Below, in pieces: positions 12,833 through 25,400 of a DNA stretch of 64,000 nucleotides; position 1 is the first letter of the stretch, and each line of letters opens with the position of its first letter. The translations under genes were made by a program, and so were the position numbers. Below the pieces are notes generated by a model that made no database searches, was not told the origin of the DNA, and saw only the letters and a list, made by a program, of their open reading frames with translations. Origin of the DNA: Dimorphilus gyrociliatus (lineage: Eukaryota; Animalia; Annelida); the NCBI GenBank assembly GCA_904063045.1, contig CAJFCJ010000014.1, forward strand, positions 1,423,643 through 1,487,642, written 5' to 3'.

Positions 12833-14797
12833 ATGGTTGAAGTTATGAATGGTGATGACTTCTTTGAAGGTACCGAAAAATTGTTGGAAGTTTGGTTTTC
12901 ATCTTCCAATCAAAACGATAAAGCAGATATAAGAGTAATATCCAGGTTAGAAACATTTCGTACAAGTTCAATTTGACAATAATTGATATATATATATATA
13001 TATATTAATTACAGGAATGAGTGGGACAACTTATTAGATTTGGTTCACTGCAAAATTATTAGTAAGAAATCAAACAGTGAAATGGATTCATACATATTAA
13101 GGTAATAATTTGTTTAATATTATACCTATAATGTTAAAAACAAAAGGGAAAAAACAAGTTTTTATCTGTAACCAATATTAAATCGATATATCATACTCTA
13201 CGTGTGACCACTATATTTCTATGATATAAAGAAAACTTGTTGTGCGATTTAGCATTTGTTATAAACCTTTCAAAGTGCTTTTTTCCCCCTTATTCATTAT
13301 TATTTTGCACTCGAAAGTTTAATTATGTAATAGGTACTAAAATTGACATATTTTAAAGAAACGCCGGTATTTATCTACATTTATTTGACGGTGATGACTA
13401 AAGCTGTATATAATTAAGTATAGTTGATTAATATAGTTCTATATTTTGTTTGTTATCCAGCGAAAGCAGCATGTTCATCTCCCGTAATCGTGTTATTTTA
13501 AAAACTTGCGGAACCACAACGTTGTTAAAAGCATTGAAACCTCTTTTGAAACTTATCAAAGATCAATGTTCCATGGATATTGTTCAAGTAATGACCATTT
13601 ATATTTGACATTTAAAGCATTGATTTGTGAGATCAAGTTTAATGAATAGAGACACGTTTTATATGTTAAATTATAAATGTAATATACTGTATATATATAT
13701 ATATATATATATATTCATACATACATTAAATAGACTTTTTTTCAACCAAAAGGTGAACATCTATATATGTTTCTTTAAAAATTCTATTGCTTTTTTACAG
13801 GATATTTTCTACTCGAGAAAAAACTTTGAAAGACCAGAATTGCAAGATAAGGTACATCAGAGTTTTGATGATGAAACGAGAATTTTAGATGAATTAGTCG
13901 AAGGTGATCAAATTTATGTCCTCTTACTTAGTGATTAAACGCAAAATGTTATCTAATCTGTAGATGGTGCAGCATACGCCTTAGGAAGGTTAAATAGGGA
14001 TTGCTGGTATCTTTATACAAAGGATATAGTTGGAGTAGTGGAGCCTGATCAAACAGTTGAAATATCCTTTAAATAGATCTATATATCATGTCTTATAGCA
14101 TATGAAAGATTACTTTCCTTAACTAGTGATCACCTATTAATGACAGAACTTGATCAAGATGTTATGCAAATATTCTTTTCGACCAGTGGCAAAACTGGAA
14201 AAGAAGCTACTATGGTAGAGAGAATTTATTCATAAATTTTTTTTAAAAAAATTCTTTTTATTCTAATAGAAATCTGGAATTGATCAAATAATACCAGGAG
14301 CCACAATTGACGAGTTCTTATTTGAACCCTGTGGTTATTCGATGAATGCAATTATGCCAGATGTATTATCACTTTATTATTTGATAATTTCTACTTTATC
14401 AATGTATCGTAGAACGAGTTATTTTTTTTTTTTGCAGTCGAAATACTTTACAATACATATAACGCCAGAAAAGAATTTCTCTTACGTTAGTTTTGAGAGC
14501 AATGTGCCCCAGAGATGCTATAAGGAATTATTATCAAAAGTTCTTGATCTTTTTAGACCTGTTCGATTTGTAATGACAGTGTTTGCTAATGAGGTAAACC
14601 TGAGCAGCTGCATTTAAAAAAATTAAATCTTTAATGTTGCTTATTAATATCATATTTTTGGATTTCAGGCGTCACTAGCTTCTCAAACCCTTAGTGAAAA
14701 TTGCAACTATGATAACTTCGAAGGATACAAGCGGTCCGACAAACAACTATGCCATTTTAAAAATTATTATTTGTTTTACGCTCATTTCAAGAAATGA
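12833..14797 (+). CDS. AMD1: S-adenosylmethionine decarboxylase proenzyme
   Basis: Exons 12833-12945, 13015-13101, 13461-13587, 13801-13903, 13964-14061, 14134-14214, 14270-14362, 14438-14593 and 14669-14797. Contains [13 protein letters not shown], the self-cleavage site [24 protein letters not shown] and TIHITPE...SYVSFESN. Confidence 0.97.
14062..14133 (+). other. U12-type (minor spliceosome) AT-AC intron, 72 nt
   Basis: 5' site ATATCCTTT, branch TTTCCTTAAC at 14114-14123, 3' end CAC. Removal restores PDQTVE|LLMTELD. Confidence 0.93.
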
Positions 14798-15874
14798 GAT
14801 GAGGCTGACAACTGCAGAATATGTAAATTTTGCAGTTGTCGAAGAAGAATCAATAATGATCAAAAACTTAGCTTCCTATTTTTCAGTTTTCTGCACTGTG
14901 CGGTTTCTATTTGCTTAAGCGTGGTATTAATAACATATTGTTGGGTCAGTTACAGAGAAAGACGTAAAAAGTGGTTTCTTTACATTATGGTCTGTATACG
15001 ACCCTCATGAGTTTTGGCTCTGAACATATATATAAATATCTATTACTCTTTTATTGAAAATAGTTTTCATTCAATGTAACCAAAAACTGACCTTTTCCCT
15101 AATAAATTCATACGCAAATTGAAACAATTCCTTTATGCCAACTTTTATCAATCTTAGTGCAAATGGAACAAATAAGCAAACTGTATTAAACTTCATACGA
15201 AAGAAGATATTGATACGAAACGCGTTTGATCCATGACAACGTTTATACAGACTCTTTCAAGTTAATGTTCATTAAAGAACACTGTTTCTTATAAAAGACA
15301 TTCAAGGAAATATTTTTGAATACAAAATTAGAAAAAGAGGAATGCTTTTCAAAAAATAAACCATTGGCGAATGTTAAGAAAAAATCACAACAAAAAAAAA
15401 AAGGAATGTTTTAGAGAGTAAGCTCATCACAACATAAATTATACCCATTCACATAACCATACCAACTAACCCAAATAAATACAATTATATAAGAAATCAA
15501 TACAACAGACACGCAAAATGACTAGTATAAAACATGGACAGTGACTAGAAACACAAAAGGCCATAAATTTCTTTGATCTAGTAAACTTGACTAGCCTTTA
15601 CCGAAGCTGTATAAAGAGTATTAGGTCATCTAAGACTTGAACGTAACAAGAGTTCTACATAGAAAAAAAATGATATAATTAAAACTAAACTAAGAAAAAA
15701 CAAATCAAACTTCTCTTTAATTATTTAGAGTACTTGGTGCTCTAGGAAATTTGATTATTTTTTTATCGGACTAATTATTAATTTCCCATTTAAATCCCAG
15801 TCAACAATTTTGCAAAACTAATTAGATACCCTAACACTCTTTATAAAGTTTCCGAGATAACAAAATATTTAAAA

Positions 15875-17822
15875 CTAGACATCAGGCTGTTGCATAACAT
15901 GCAATAGTGAAGACGCTGCTGGATGCGGTGGATTTGGGAAAGACGGAGATTGTAAAATAGGAGTAGGAATTCTAGTATTGGCCCCATTATTACTATTACC
16001 ACCATGAGCCAAATGGCGGAGTCTTGCCGGCAGCATATTATGAGAAAGTCGTTCGTGGCGTCTCAGGTGAGTTTTATGGTAAAACGACTTATCACATCCT
16101 TTTATTTCGCATTTGTGTGGCTTGCTCTTAGAAAGCGCTGAACGACGTACTTTTTTCCCAGGCATCCAGGTGTTGTGATCATCCTTGTCAATATGTAGGT
16201 CCTCTTTAGGCTACAGAAATAAGGAATATTATTATGAGTTATTTTAATTACATACAATCGAATATTCACGTAATGTACGTGACTAGATAATGGACAATTC
16301 GTAAATAAAAACATACATCGCCTGGTTGATGGATAACAAATTTCCCCTCAGAATCCTCGTCCATTGGTATATTTTGACTCCTTTCTTCCCAGACTCCAGC
16401 CTCGAATGTTTTACTTTCGCGCTCAATTTTTACAGGCTCGGCAGTATCTTCAAAAACAGTCTCTTCCTCGCTTTCCATGTTTTCAAATTTTGCCCTTCGC
16501 GCGTTGATATTCAGAGGCTTCCTTGACTTTCTACGATCGCCCCTTTCTTCTGTTGAGCTTGTGGAACAAGCAGTTGTTGCATGGTTGCTACCTTCACTAC
16601 AGTCACTATCGTCCATACCTTTAGCCTGCAACAATATCAATAGCACACGTTAAATCTATTAGCGTATAGAGATCTAATTATTAACATAAATCAGGTGAAA
16701 ATTGGTTGAATAAACGTTTACAAAGATGACATTCCATTGTTGGAGAATAAAATAAAAAAGAATTAAGCTACGCTATTTACGATTCCTTTCAGTAACAATT
16801 CATAAGATAATAGATGGTCAACTTCAAACATAGCTAATTGCATTTTATAAAAGACATTAGTTATTCCATTTCCGTATCGAACATAGACAAATGTAGACAG
16901 AATAAATCTAAATTCAATTTACTATAAACTAGCAAGGTGTCATGTACGACATTGAAAATGTCCTAGTTCACGTTATATATTAAAGGTTATATCACCTTTA
17001 CAATATACACTATTTAACAGCAGATAAGAGATTGATATGACACCTTTATAGTTTGATACGCAAATTTAGTTTTTTTAGGGCGAAAGTTAACAGAAACATC
17101 CTCCATGAGAAAAAGACACTGTATCCGCAAATATATTAAGAACGGTTAATCAGATTCAACTAAAGGGCTATTTTAGCTAACAATTAAGAAACTTGCATAG
17201 TGCATTTTTTCATTACAAGCTAAGCACGCAAATCTGACGTTGACATGAATGTAAAACTAGCTCTTAAAAACATGCATATAAAACAATATTTTCTAGCTAG
17301 GATAAAAGTTCCTTTACAATGATATAATGAAAATGAGATAAATACCTTTAATTTCTCAACAGCTGGTAGTACGACTTTTAGGAGATGATTCTCTTTTTTC
17401 TTTCTCTCTTCTTCGGAACCAATTCCATTTGTTGAGTGAACCTTTTGTGGGGTAGAAAATGTGCTTCCTTGATTTGGGTCTGAATCACCGGAGCTTCCTA
17501 AATCCTCTCTGCTACTGCGTCTCCTCTTTTTCTTTCCTTCACCACTCCGCCTCTTCCTCATTAATCTTTCTAAATCATCTGACATAATTTCTTCGCAAAC
17601 GTTTGCATCTTCGACATCAAAAGTTGTATCAGCCGAACATCCCGATTTAACTTTACGATTTATATGAACAAGTAGAACTTCTTTGTCATCGAGAGTTACA
17701 CCCACTACTCCCTGTACGCACATGTGACTTTGAAAATTCCATTCGAACGTGTTTCGACAAAGAAGCGTGACAGTGTCTGTTAAAAGAGTTCTCAATTTTT
17801 CTCTGTCTGGTTTCATATTCAT
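15875..17822 (-). CDS. C2H2 zinc-finger nuclear protein with an unnamed N-terminal globular domain
   Basis: Exons 17822-17346, 16625-16317 and 16210-15875, all phase 0. Single C2H2 finger KCEIKGCDKSFYHKTHLRRHERLSH and NLS-like RKRRSGEGKKKRRR. Confidence 0.75.
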
Positions 17823-19401
17823 CTATTCATCTGTTAAGAAAATAGTTAATTTTAATTAGTAAATAAGCAAACACTGGCTACGTGTAATAAATCATTCAAA
17901 TTAAAAAATTTGACATAATTGAGAGGTATTTTCGTGATCCGTCTGACTTCTTGTAATGATACTTAATTTCATACACCACAAATAGAAAGCATTGATCAAC
18001 ATTTGAATTTAATAGACAAAACAACTATAAAACTCTCAATTGATCGGCATCCCAAATGACAATACAGAACAGTTTATTTATTGTATCGTTCTTTCAACTA
18101 ATGTAAAAAAAACAACTGTTGAGTAAATGATATTTTAATTTTCTAGATAGTAAATTACATCGAATTCTATAAAATCCTTTAGATAATCTTACTCAATATC
18201 TTTCCAAATGAGAATTGAAGAAAATCCCACAATTAACGTTATCAGTTGTCTCGTCGGGATGTTTATTAGTTAGTAATTACATCATTCATTACGTAATAGT
18301 GTAATTCGCGTACTACTACTCTAGCTTTAGTTGTACAATTCTAGTCTTAATAATCACGACATTTGCACTCATTCTTTTTGTCCTCCTGACGGCAAACAGT
18401 CATTGTATCATAAAGAAAGACGTGACTCATTTTAATATTAAAGGATCAAAATATTTTTAAGAAAAAACTTTAAAACTCAGCTAATAAATCTGAACTTTAT
18501 ATGCCAAGACAAAACGAGAATAATGAAATAAATTGACAAATAAGGAAATTTTCTTTGTTCCAGGAACAACACCTGTCCCATGAAAGGGTCCGCCATGAGA
18601 CCACAACAAAAAACCGTTAGTTTGTAGCTAGTAATACAACAAAATAAACATAACAAACTAAATCAAATTTAGAAATTATAGAAACACATAAAATATTTAA
18701 CTTTGTCTGAAAATGGATTAACAGATTAAGGCCTTAATTAAGTATTTGTTTTACCTGGAAGTATCACAATCACGAGTATGACCCTCGCCCTTTGTGTTTT
18801 CTGTACTCTTGTGCCAGAGATTTCTCGCGTCATGGGGATCATAAATTGTCTTTCATTTATATTTTATTTTGAAAGAATGTTGAATTTTAGTTTTCGAAAA
18901 ATAATAGTAATTAAAAAACTGTTATAATTTTTTAACAATTTATAAAGTACTTTTATTAGAATATTAAATATAAAAATTGAATTGTTATGTTTCCGTTTCC
19001 GGTTGAAATTTCAAATTCTATATCTGTTTCGAAATTTTTCAAGGAGACTCATCAGTTACATTTAGATAACAACCAATGTTGATAAATAAAAAAATTAATA
19101 TCTGATAAAATTTTTACAAGAGTGTGTATTTTTCGTTGAAACTTTTAATAAAAAATCTGCTAAAGCAGTACATTATAATTCGTAAGGTGTGCATAGTTGT
19201 TCTCGAATTTATTAGCAGCACACGTTCAACCATTAATCAATAGATACTAAAACAAAATCAGTAAAACAAGCCTGTATATATTCAACAAGTTCACAAGTTT
19301 ATAAACGTGAACTAAACAATTGTCTGAAGAAAATAATTTGCACCGTCGAATTTAATATGATTGACATACGATAAAGATTCTTTTGTTAAATTGACAAATA
19401 G

Positions 19402-22400
19402 TTAGCTAATTACACAGTCTCTAGATTGATTTTCTGTGTCTTCTTCTGGCTCTGTCTCTTTCTCTTCAACTTCTTCTGTACTGCAATCTCTTTCAAAGGG
19501 CTTTGTAATATTTTCTGTAGGAGTTGTAGGTGATGGTAACGATATTTGACTATTTGAACTTGAATTTCTTGTTCTTGGTCTTTCCTTACTAATTAGCATG
19601 CCATTTAGACGGAGTATTTGATTTTGAATAGCTGTGCAGACGGCTTTATATCCAGGACTAATAGAAATAATGAAGAGTAATTAGAAAACTAATATTATTA
19701 ACCAGAGCTATTAATTACCAATTATCTTGTGACCACTCTTCCAGCTTCTGTAAACCATTACGCATTCGTAAAACTATGTCAGTCGTTGTATCGGGTAATG
19801 AAGCTAAATTGACAGTTCTAACAACGGCTGTTATATCTCGAAGCAAAATTGATAAAATAAGAGCCCACTCCAAGCAGCCAGCCTCTTGTACGACTTGTAG
19901 CAAAAATCTATTAATTATATTAATTTTTATTATATAAGTAGTTGTAAAAAGTTAGTATAAATTTAGAACCTTAATTGATGTTCACTTTCGGGTGGTCCTT
20001 TATTGGCTAATTGTTGGGATAAATTATGTAACAAATTTGAATCCATATCAGAATACATAAGAGCATCTTGCGCACCATCTAAATCACTTATTTCGCTTAT
20101 TTCAGTATTTGCGTAACTTGAACATTCTAAGCAAATTATGCCAAATGAATACATTTACAGATAAAAAGATATTAAAAACCTTGACTCTTTTGCGGAAGTA
20201 GTTGAATATTGGCACTGTGTGGGCTTCCAGGACTCGTGTCATACTAAAATGAAGCAACACATGCAATGTTAGTAATGATATAGATTATATCTTGAAAATT
20301 GTTTACCCTTTTAAGTGGTATATCCAGTTTATCAGGAGGCTTAATTATAGTCTCATCTTTTGTAACTGTACTTGGAGCTGAAGATGCAGGAGTTGAACCA
20401 GGGGACAAACTGTCCAAAGCTATTTGACATCAAAATAAACATTACATTGTAATATTCTTGCAATCACGTATCATAATTCAATAATTACATAATCTGCTCA
20501 AATTAACTGAGGTAAGAGGGGGTAAAGGTAACGGCCAACAGAAATCTTGATGTAGTTTGTTGATAGCAGTGATAAAATCGTCAACTCTAGCTGCCCTTAA
20601 TCTGTTTGTTTTTTTTTTCATAGAAAAGTTTAAATTTACTTTCTGTTAACTAGCAAGAATAAGCTACTTAACACGTACTTTTCTCTCTTTAACCATCCGA
20701 TTAGTTGATAATCATCCAAATTTGCGGCAAAACAAGCCAAATCGTATAGTCTATACGAACTTAATAAATGACGTGCATGTCGATTTAATATAACATCGAT
20801 AAATAATTTTTCCGAATTAATTTCTTCAGATTTTTGAGGAATTGTTTGATTAGCTTGCTTTTTAGGGACTTTAATATTATCGCAAGATAATGTATGTTTA
20901 ACTTTTTCCTTTTTATCCTTTCTCTCAGCATCCGATTTTGCCCTTATTGACGGATTAAATATAAATGAACCACCTTCCTATATTCAATAAAAAAAAAAAC
21001 TCATAAGACATTCTAATATGTTAATAAATTAATAAAATAGTTTTCTTTTTTCATTTAACTGAGATAGAAAACAAATGAACTTCCGTCCATTTTTTTTTCA
21101 TTTCTCAGTTAGCGTTATCTTTTAAAATTAAAATTATATTTTTAGCAAAAGCAGATAGAATATAACCTATAATCAGAAAAGATAAGCACGTCATTTTTTA
21201 TTTTGATGTAACCATGTTATTTCTATTTTTTTTATTAAAAGAAAAAGATTTTATTCTTAGAAAATTAGTTTGGAAAATAGTTAATAATTTTTTCTTATTA
21301 AAATAAATTTCTTTTTCTATATTTCAATTGGAAATATTATTTTGTCTTAAATTTAACAAAAAACGTCTCTTTCTTTAATGTAAAATTATTAAAAATTTCA
21401 ATAATAGTAAATATTTTAAGTAGATCGTCTTTCTCTCTTTTTTTTTTAAAACTGGCATAGATATAAAAAAAATGTGAAAAAAAAGCTCAACAAGGTCCAA
21501 ATTGATAAAGTTGATTTGATCTAATCTGAAACTTTTATCATTTGTCAGCAGTTACGTGAATTTTGTGACATAAGAAAGAGAGATAGAGGTCATTACAATT
21601 TAAACGAAAGTGAGATAGGTGATATTCAAATAATAGACAAATGAGTAATTGAGATTGACTACATTAATTAATCTCATTTCGAATAAAAAAATAGTAAAAT
21701 AAAATAAGTCGTGTCATAAAAGCTTGAACAACACTATAGCTTTTTAACTACTTTTATAACGAACCTTGGGGCTAGATAAACTAGACGGCCCCATTAAACT
21801 TGCACCGTAAATGCATAAACTACCCACCCTTGTTCTCGGTGAATGAGGTGATTCAGCTTCAGAAGGATCTATTTATTAATAAATAGTAACAATTATTCAA
21901 TTAAGGTAAGACAAAAATTATAAATAGTACCGTTTATAGAAATAAAATATTAATAAAACCTTTTTATAAATTACTGTTATATCTTATAAAATAAATATTA
22001 CATAGAATAATTTTATTAAGGCTAATGACACTAAAATACTATACTAACCAATTGCCTTAAGAAATCTTACTAAATCTCTTGCTAATTCCCATTCACAGCT
22101 TTCTAAAGCAGCATCCAGTAAAAGTGTAGCATGCTTTAAATGAAAAAATCATAGCTCAAATTAATTAAGACAATGAATCATAGAACAAGAAACAAAAAAG
22201 AAATCTTAATAAGTAGCACTGTCACCAGGTTTATTTCTTGTCAAATAATTTAAAAGATTATTATATTATTTTTACTTCTTTGGGATGATTTCCTTTAAAT
22301 TTTTAAACTTTCCTTATAAATATAAATAAAGTAGTGAAAAATAAAAAGAAAACTCATCTTTTTCTCTTAAATATTTCATTATTTTTCTTAATTTTAATTA

Positions 22401-25400
22401 ATAATATATATTTAAAGATAAATGACAATAAAAGAAGTTTAACTTCTTTCACTTTTCTAATTGGTTATGATAATAATAAATCATTAGTTTAAAAGTGGAT
22501 AAAGGAAACAAAGATATAGGAATAAATGATTAAATGATTCCATTTTTACATAAAAAATAAATACAACTAAATACAACAATTAAATGATGACGTCTTATTC
22601 ATTTCCTTTCAATTACTCACATGCTCATAATCCTGCATGCCAACATTGTAAGGATAGAAAAAAAAATATAAAATCTAATTAGAATTACAAACAAAAGGAA
22701 TTTAGAATATTTAAAGAAATATATATATATATTAATATATATACAGTATATATTTCAAATATATATATGAAGAAAATATTTCTAATATCCTTTAATTGAT
22801 TTGTAATAAAGGAGGAAGGAATAGAAATAATCACATTTTGTTTTTGTTTACAACAACTAAAAGAGGTATTGAAAGTTATGAGAAATGGTTAAGGAGGACA
22901 AGGATAATAACAATAATTCACATATTATTGAATCACTAATAATAGGTATAAGAATAATTTTTAACTGAATTTCAAATTCAACCTGGTTTGAATGTCTGGT
23001 TTGAATGTCTTATATAAATATATAAATATATACATATATATACATATTATGTGTCTTTTTTTTACTACTTATTGAATATTTTACCTGTCTTGAAACCATC
23101 GGTTTCTCCAAATTTTGTAAGATAATAAGATAAGAAGAGCCAGTTTGTAACTTCTTATTTAAAAGGCAGTCCTTTTTTTTAGCAGAATGATTATTGTATT
23201 TAATAAGATATTATTTATTAATTACCTCGAATAAATCTTTTGGATTACCAACAACAGCAAAAAGATGGGGCCATAGAGCAACCTCAGTTTTTCTTGCGCA
23301 ATGAACAATAGTTTCATGATGAAACTCTGGAAATTCTTGAATAAAAGCAACTACCCTTGGTAGCAGTGGATCTGGTGTTGGATCTTTACTAGTAGCTTCT
23401 TCTTCTAACACTTCGTGCAATAATAATTCGAGAACATGTGGAAAATAAGGTAAACTTTGATAACTAAACGCCAACTGAAGAGCATGAACACCCAAGCTGT
23501 TGTTTAAAGAATTTTTGGTAAATATACTCAAATACATTAGTATATATATATAAAATAAATAATATAATGGAATAGCCTACTTTCGTCTGAGCAGCTGACG
23601 TAGAACATGATGCAGAAATATCTGACTCTGTTTAAATGTTATACATTCATTCACTGAAAAGAGTATATAACTATAAAAAAACAATTACTTACAGTTCTTT
23701 CTAAAGCCAAATAAGGCCAGCTATCATGAAATTGATCCCCACTAGTTTTATAAGTGACAGCATCACTAATTGTTCCTAAAATCACTCCAGCTTCAAAGAG
23801 AATTGCTAAATATATAAAACTAATTATATGCCTTTTTTCATTATTTATTATAATTGATAATAATATACCCAGTGGATAAAGGTCAACTTTTATTGGTAGC
23901 ATAATTCTTTTAGACATAAAACTATGAGCTTTTGAATCTTCACTGTGAGGGAGAGGTAACCAAACTTTTATTCCAAAAGCTCCGCAACCTAACCACAATG
24001 CGTCACATATATATCTTGTATCTTTCTTTGAATTTGTTGCGCACATAGACCACATATTCTCAACTGAAGATGCTACCATCACAGGTGCACAGAAAGGCAA
24101 CTAATAAGGAAAAATGATATAATTCCCAAAAGCTTATATAATTGTTTTCATAAGGTATTACCGGTTTATCTTCAGTTTGAGACTTCAGTTGCATTCCCGA
24201 GCGATCTCTTTGAAACATAAGCAATTTTCCTGCTACATTTAGGAGTATACTCTCTGCTTCGAACTCAGTTTGTTGAGGTATTTTCACAGATGCTAAAATA
24301 TTCAATCATAACGAATTACTTGTCGTTGCTAATAAATTAAATAATATAAAATAACCAGTTTCTGTTCTAAATGGCGTCATGGCTACCCAGGTTACTAGAA
24401 GAGGTTGGGGTACAAAGTTCCCAATAGGAACTTCTTGAATTTTTGTTGTTATGACAGTAGCATCTGCAGAAGAAATATTATTAATCAAACAGGTAATTTA
24501 ATCAATTATAGAATAATATAAAAGTCATTTAAAAACATACAGCTGCCTTTATTCTTCTTCCTCTCCATTTTTAAGAGCATTATATGTGCATCCAGACATA
24601 AAACAACCAATAAATCTTTAAATGTGTTCAATAACAATAGCTGAAAAGGAACTTTAACTACTTCACTAAATGTATTATCCAATTTTGTTTCTCTTGTGTA
24701 AAATCGAATCTATTCAGGAAATGATTAGATTACAATTTAAAATTGAAAAATATTTAACAATATTAGAATATTTACTTCATCTCTCTGTTCTGGAATATTG
24801 TAACAAGCAGCGCATATAAATTCTTTCCACCAAGTTAAACCACCTGAAACAACTACTTCTCTCTCCTAAAACATTAAAAGGGAATTTTAGAAGGAAAAAG
24901 CTAATAAAATTAATATTTTTAATCTATTTTTAATAATTTACCTGATTTTCATTGCCAAATAATTTCCATCGTCTTGAGTTTAAGGCAAAGTGAGCAAGTC
25001 CCGTTTTACCAGCTACTGCTACACATTTACCATTAGAATCAACGGCAGAATACTGTAAAATAAACAAAGATTTTGATTTATTAAGAAATATCAAAAGAAA
25101 AAATACAAACTCTTATTGGAAAATTATGAGTTAAATATGCTTCTGGTATTGGTAATACTGTCCAATGTCTACCACCAAAAGCGCTAATTAGCTCTCCATG
25201 TTCAACTTGAGAGTGCCAATTTTTAGATGAAAATTCATCAACGCTTAAATACAGTCTATCTTCTCCTTGAAGAAGTATTTGACCTTGATTGGTCTTCAAA
25301 ATCGTGAAATTGAAAATATTTAATTAATATAATATGATTTTTTAAAGAAACAAAATTAAAACTAACAGTTCCGCAATTCGAATTTGATGCACTCTTAACA

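Noticed and set aside
13391-13460. C/D snoRNA box C (GTGATGA) in AMD1 intron 2
   Set aside because: No downstream D box (CTGA) or terminal stem before the acceptor.
15518-15550. SECIS-like ATGA-CTAGT...ACTAG-AA hairpin downstream of AMD1
   Set aside because: Helix II is far too short and the GA quartet geometry is wrong.
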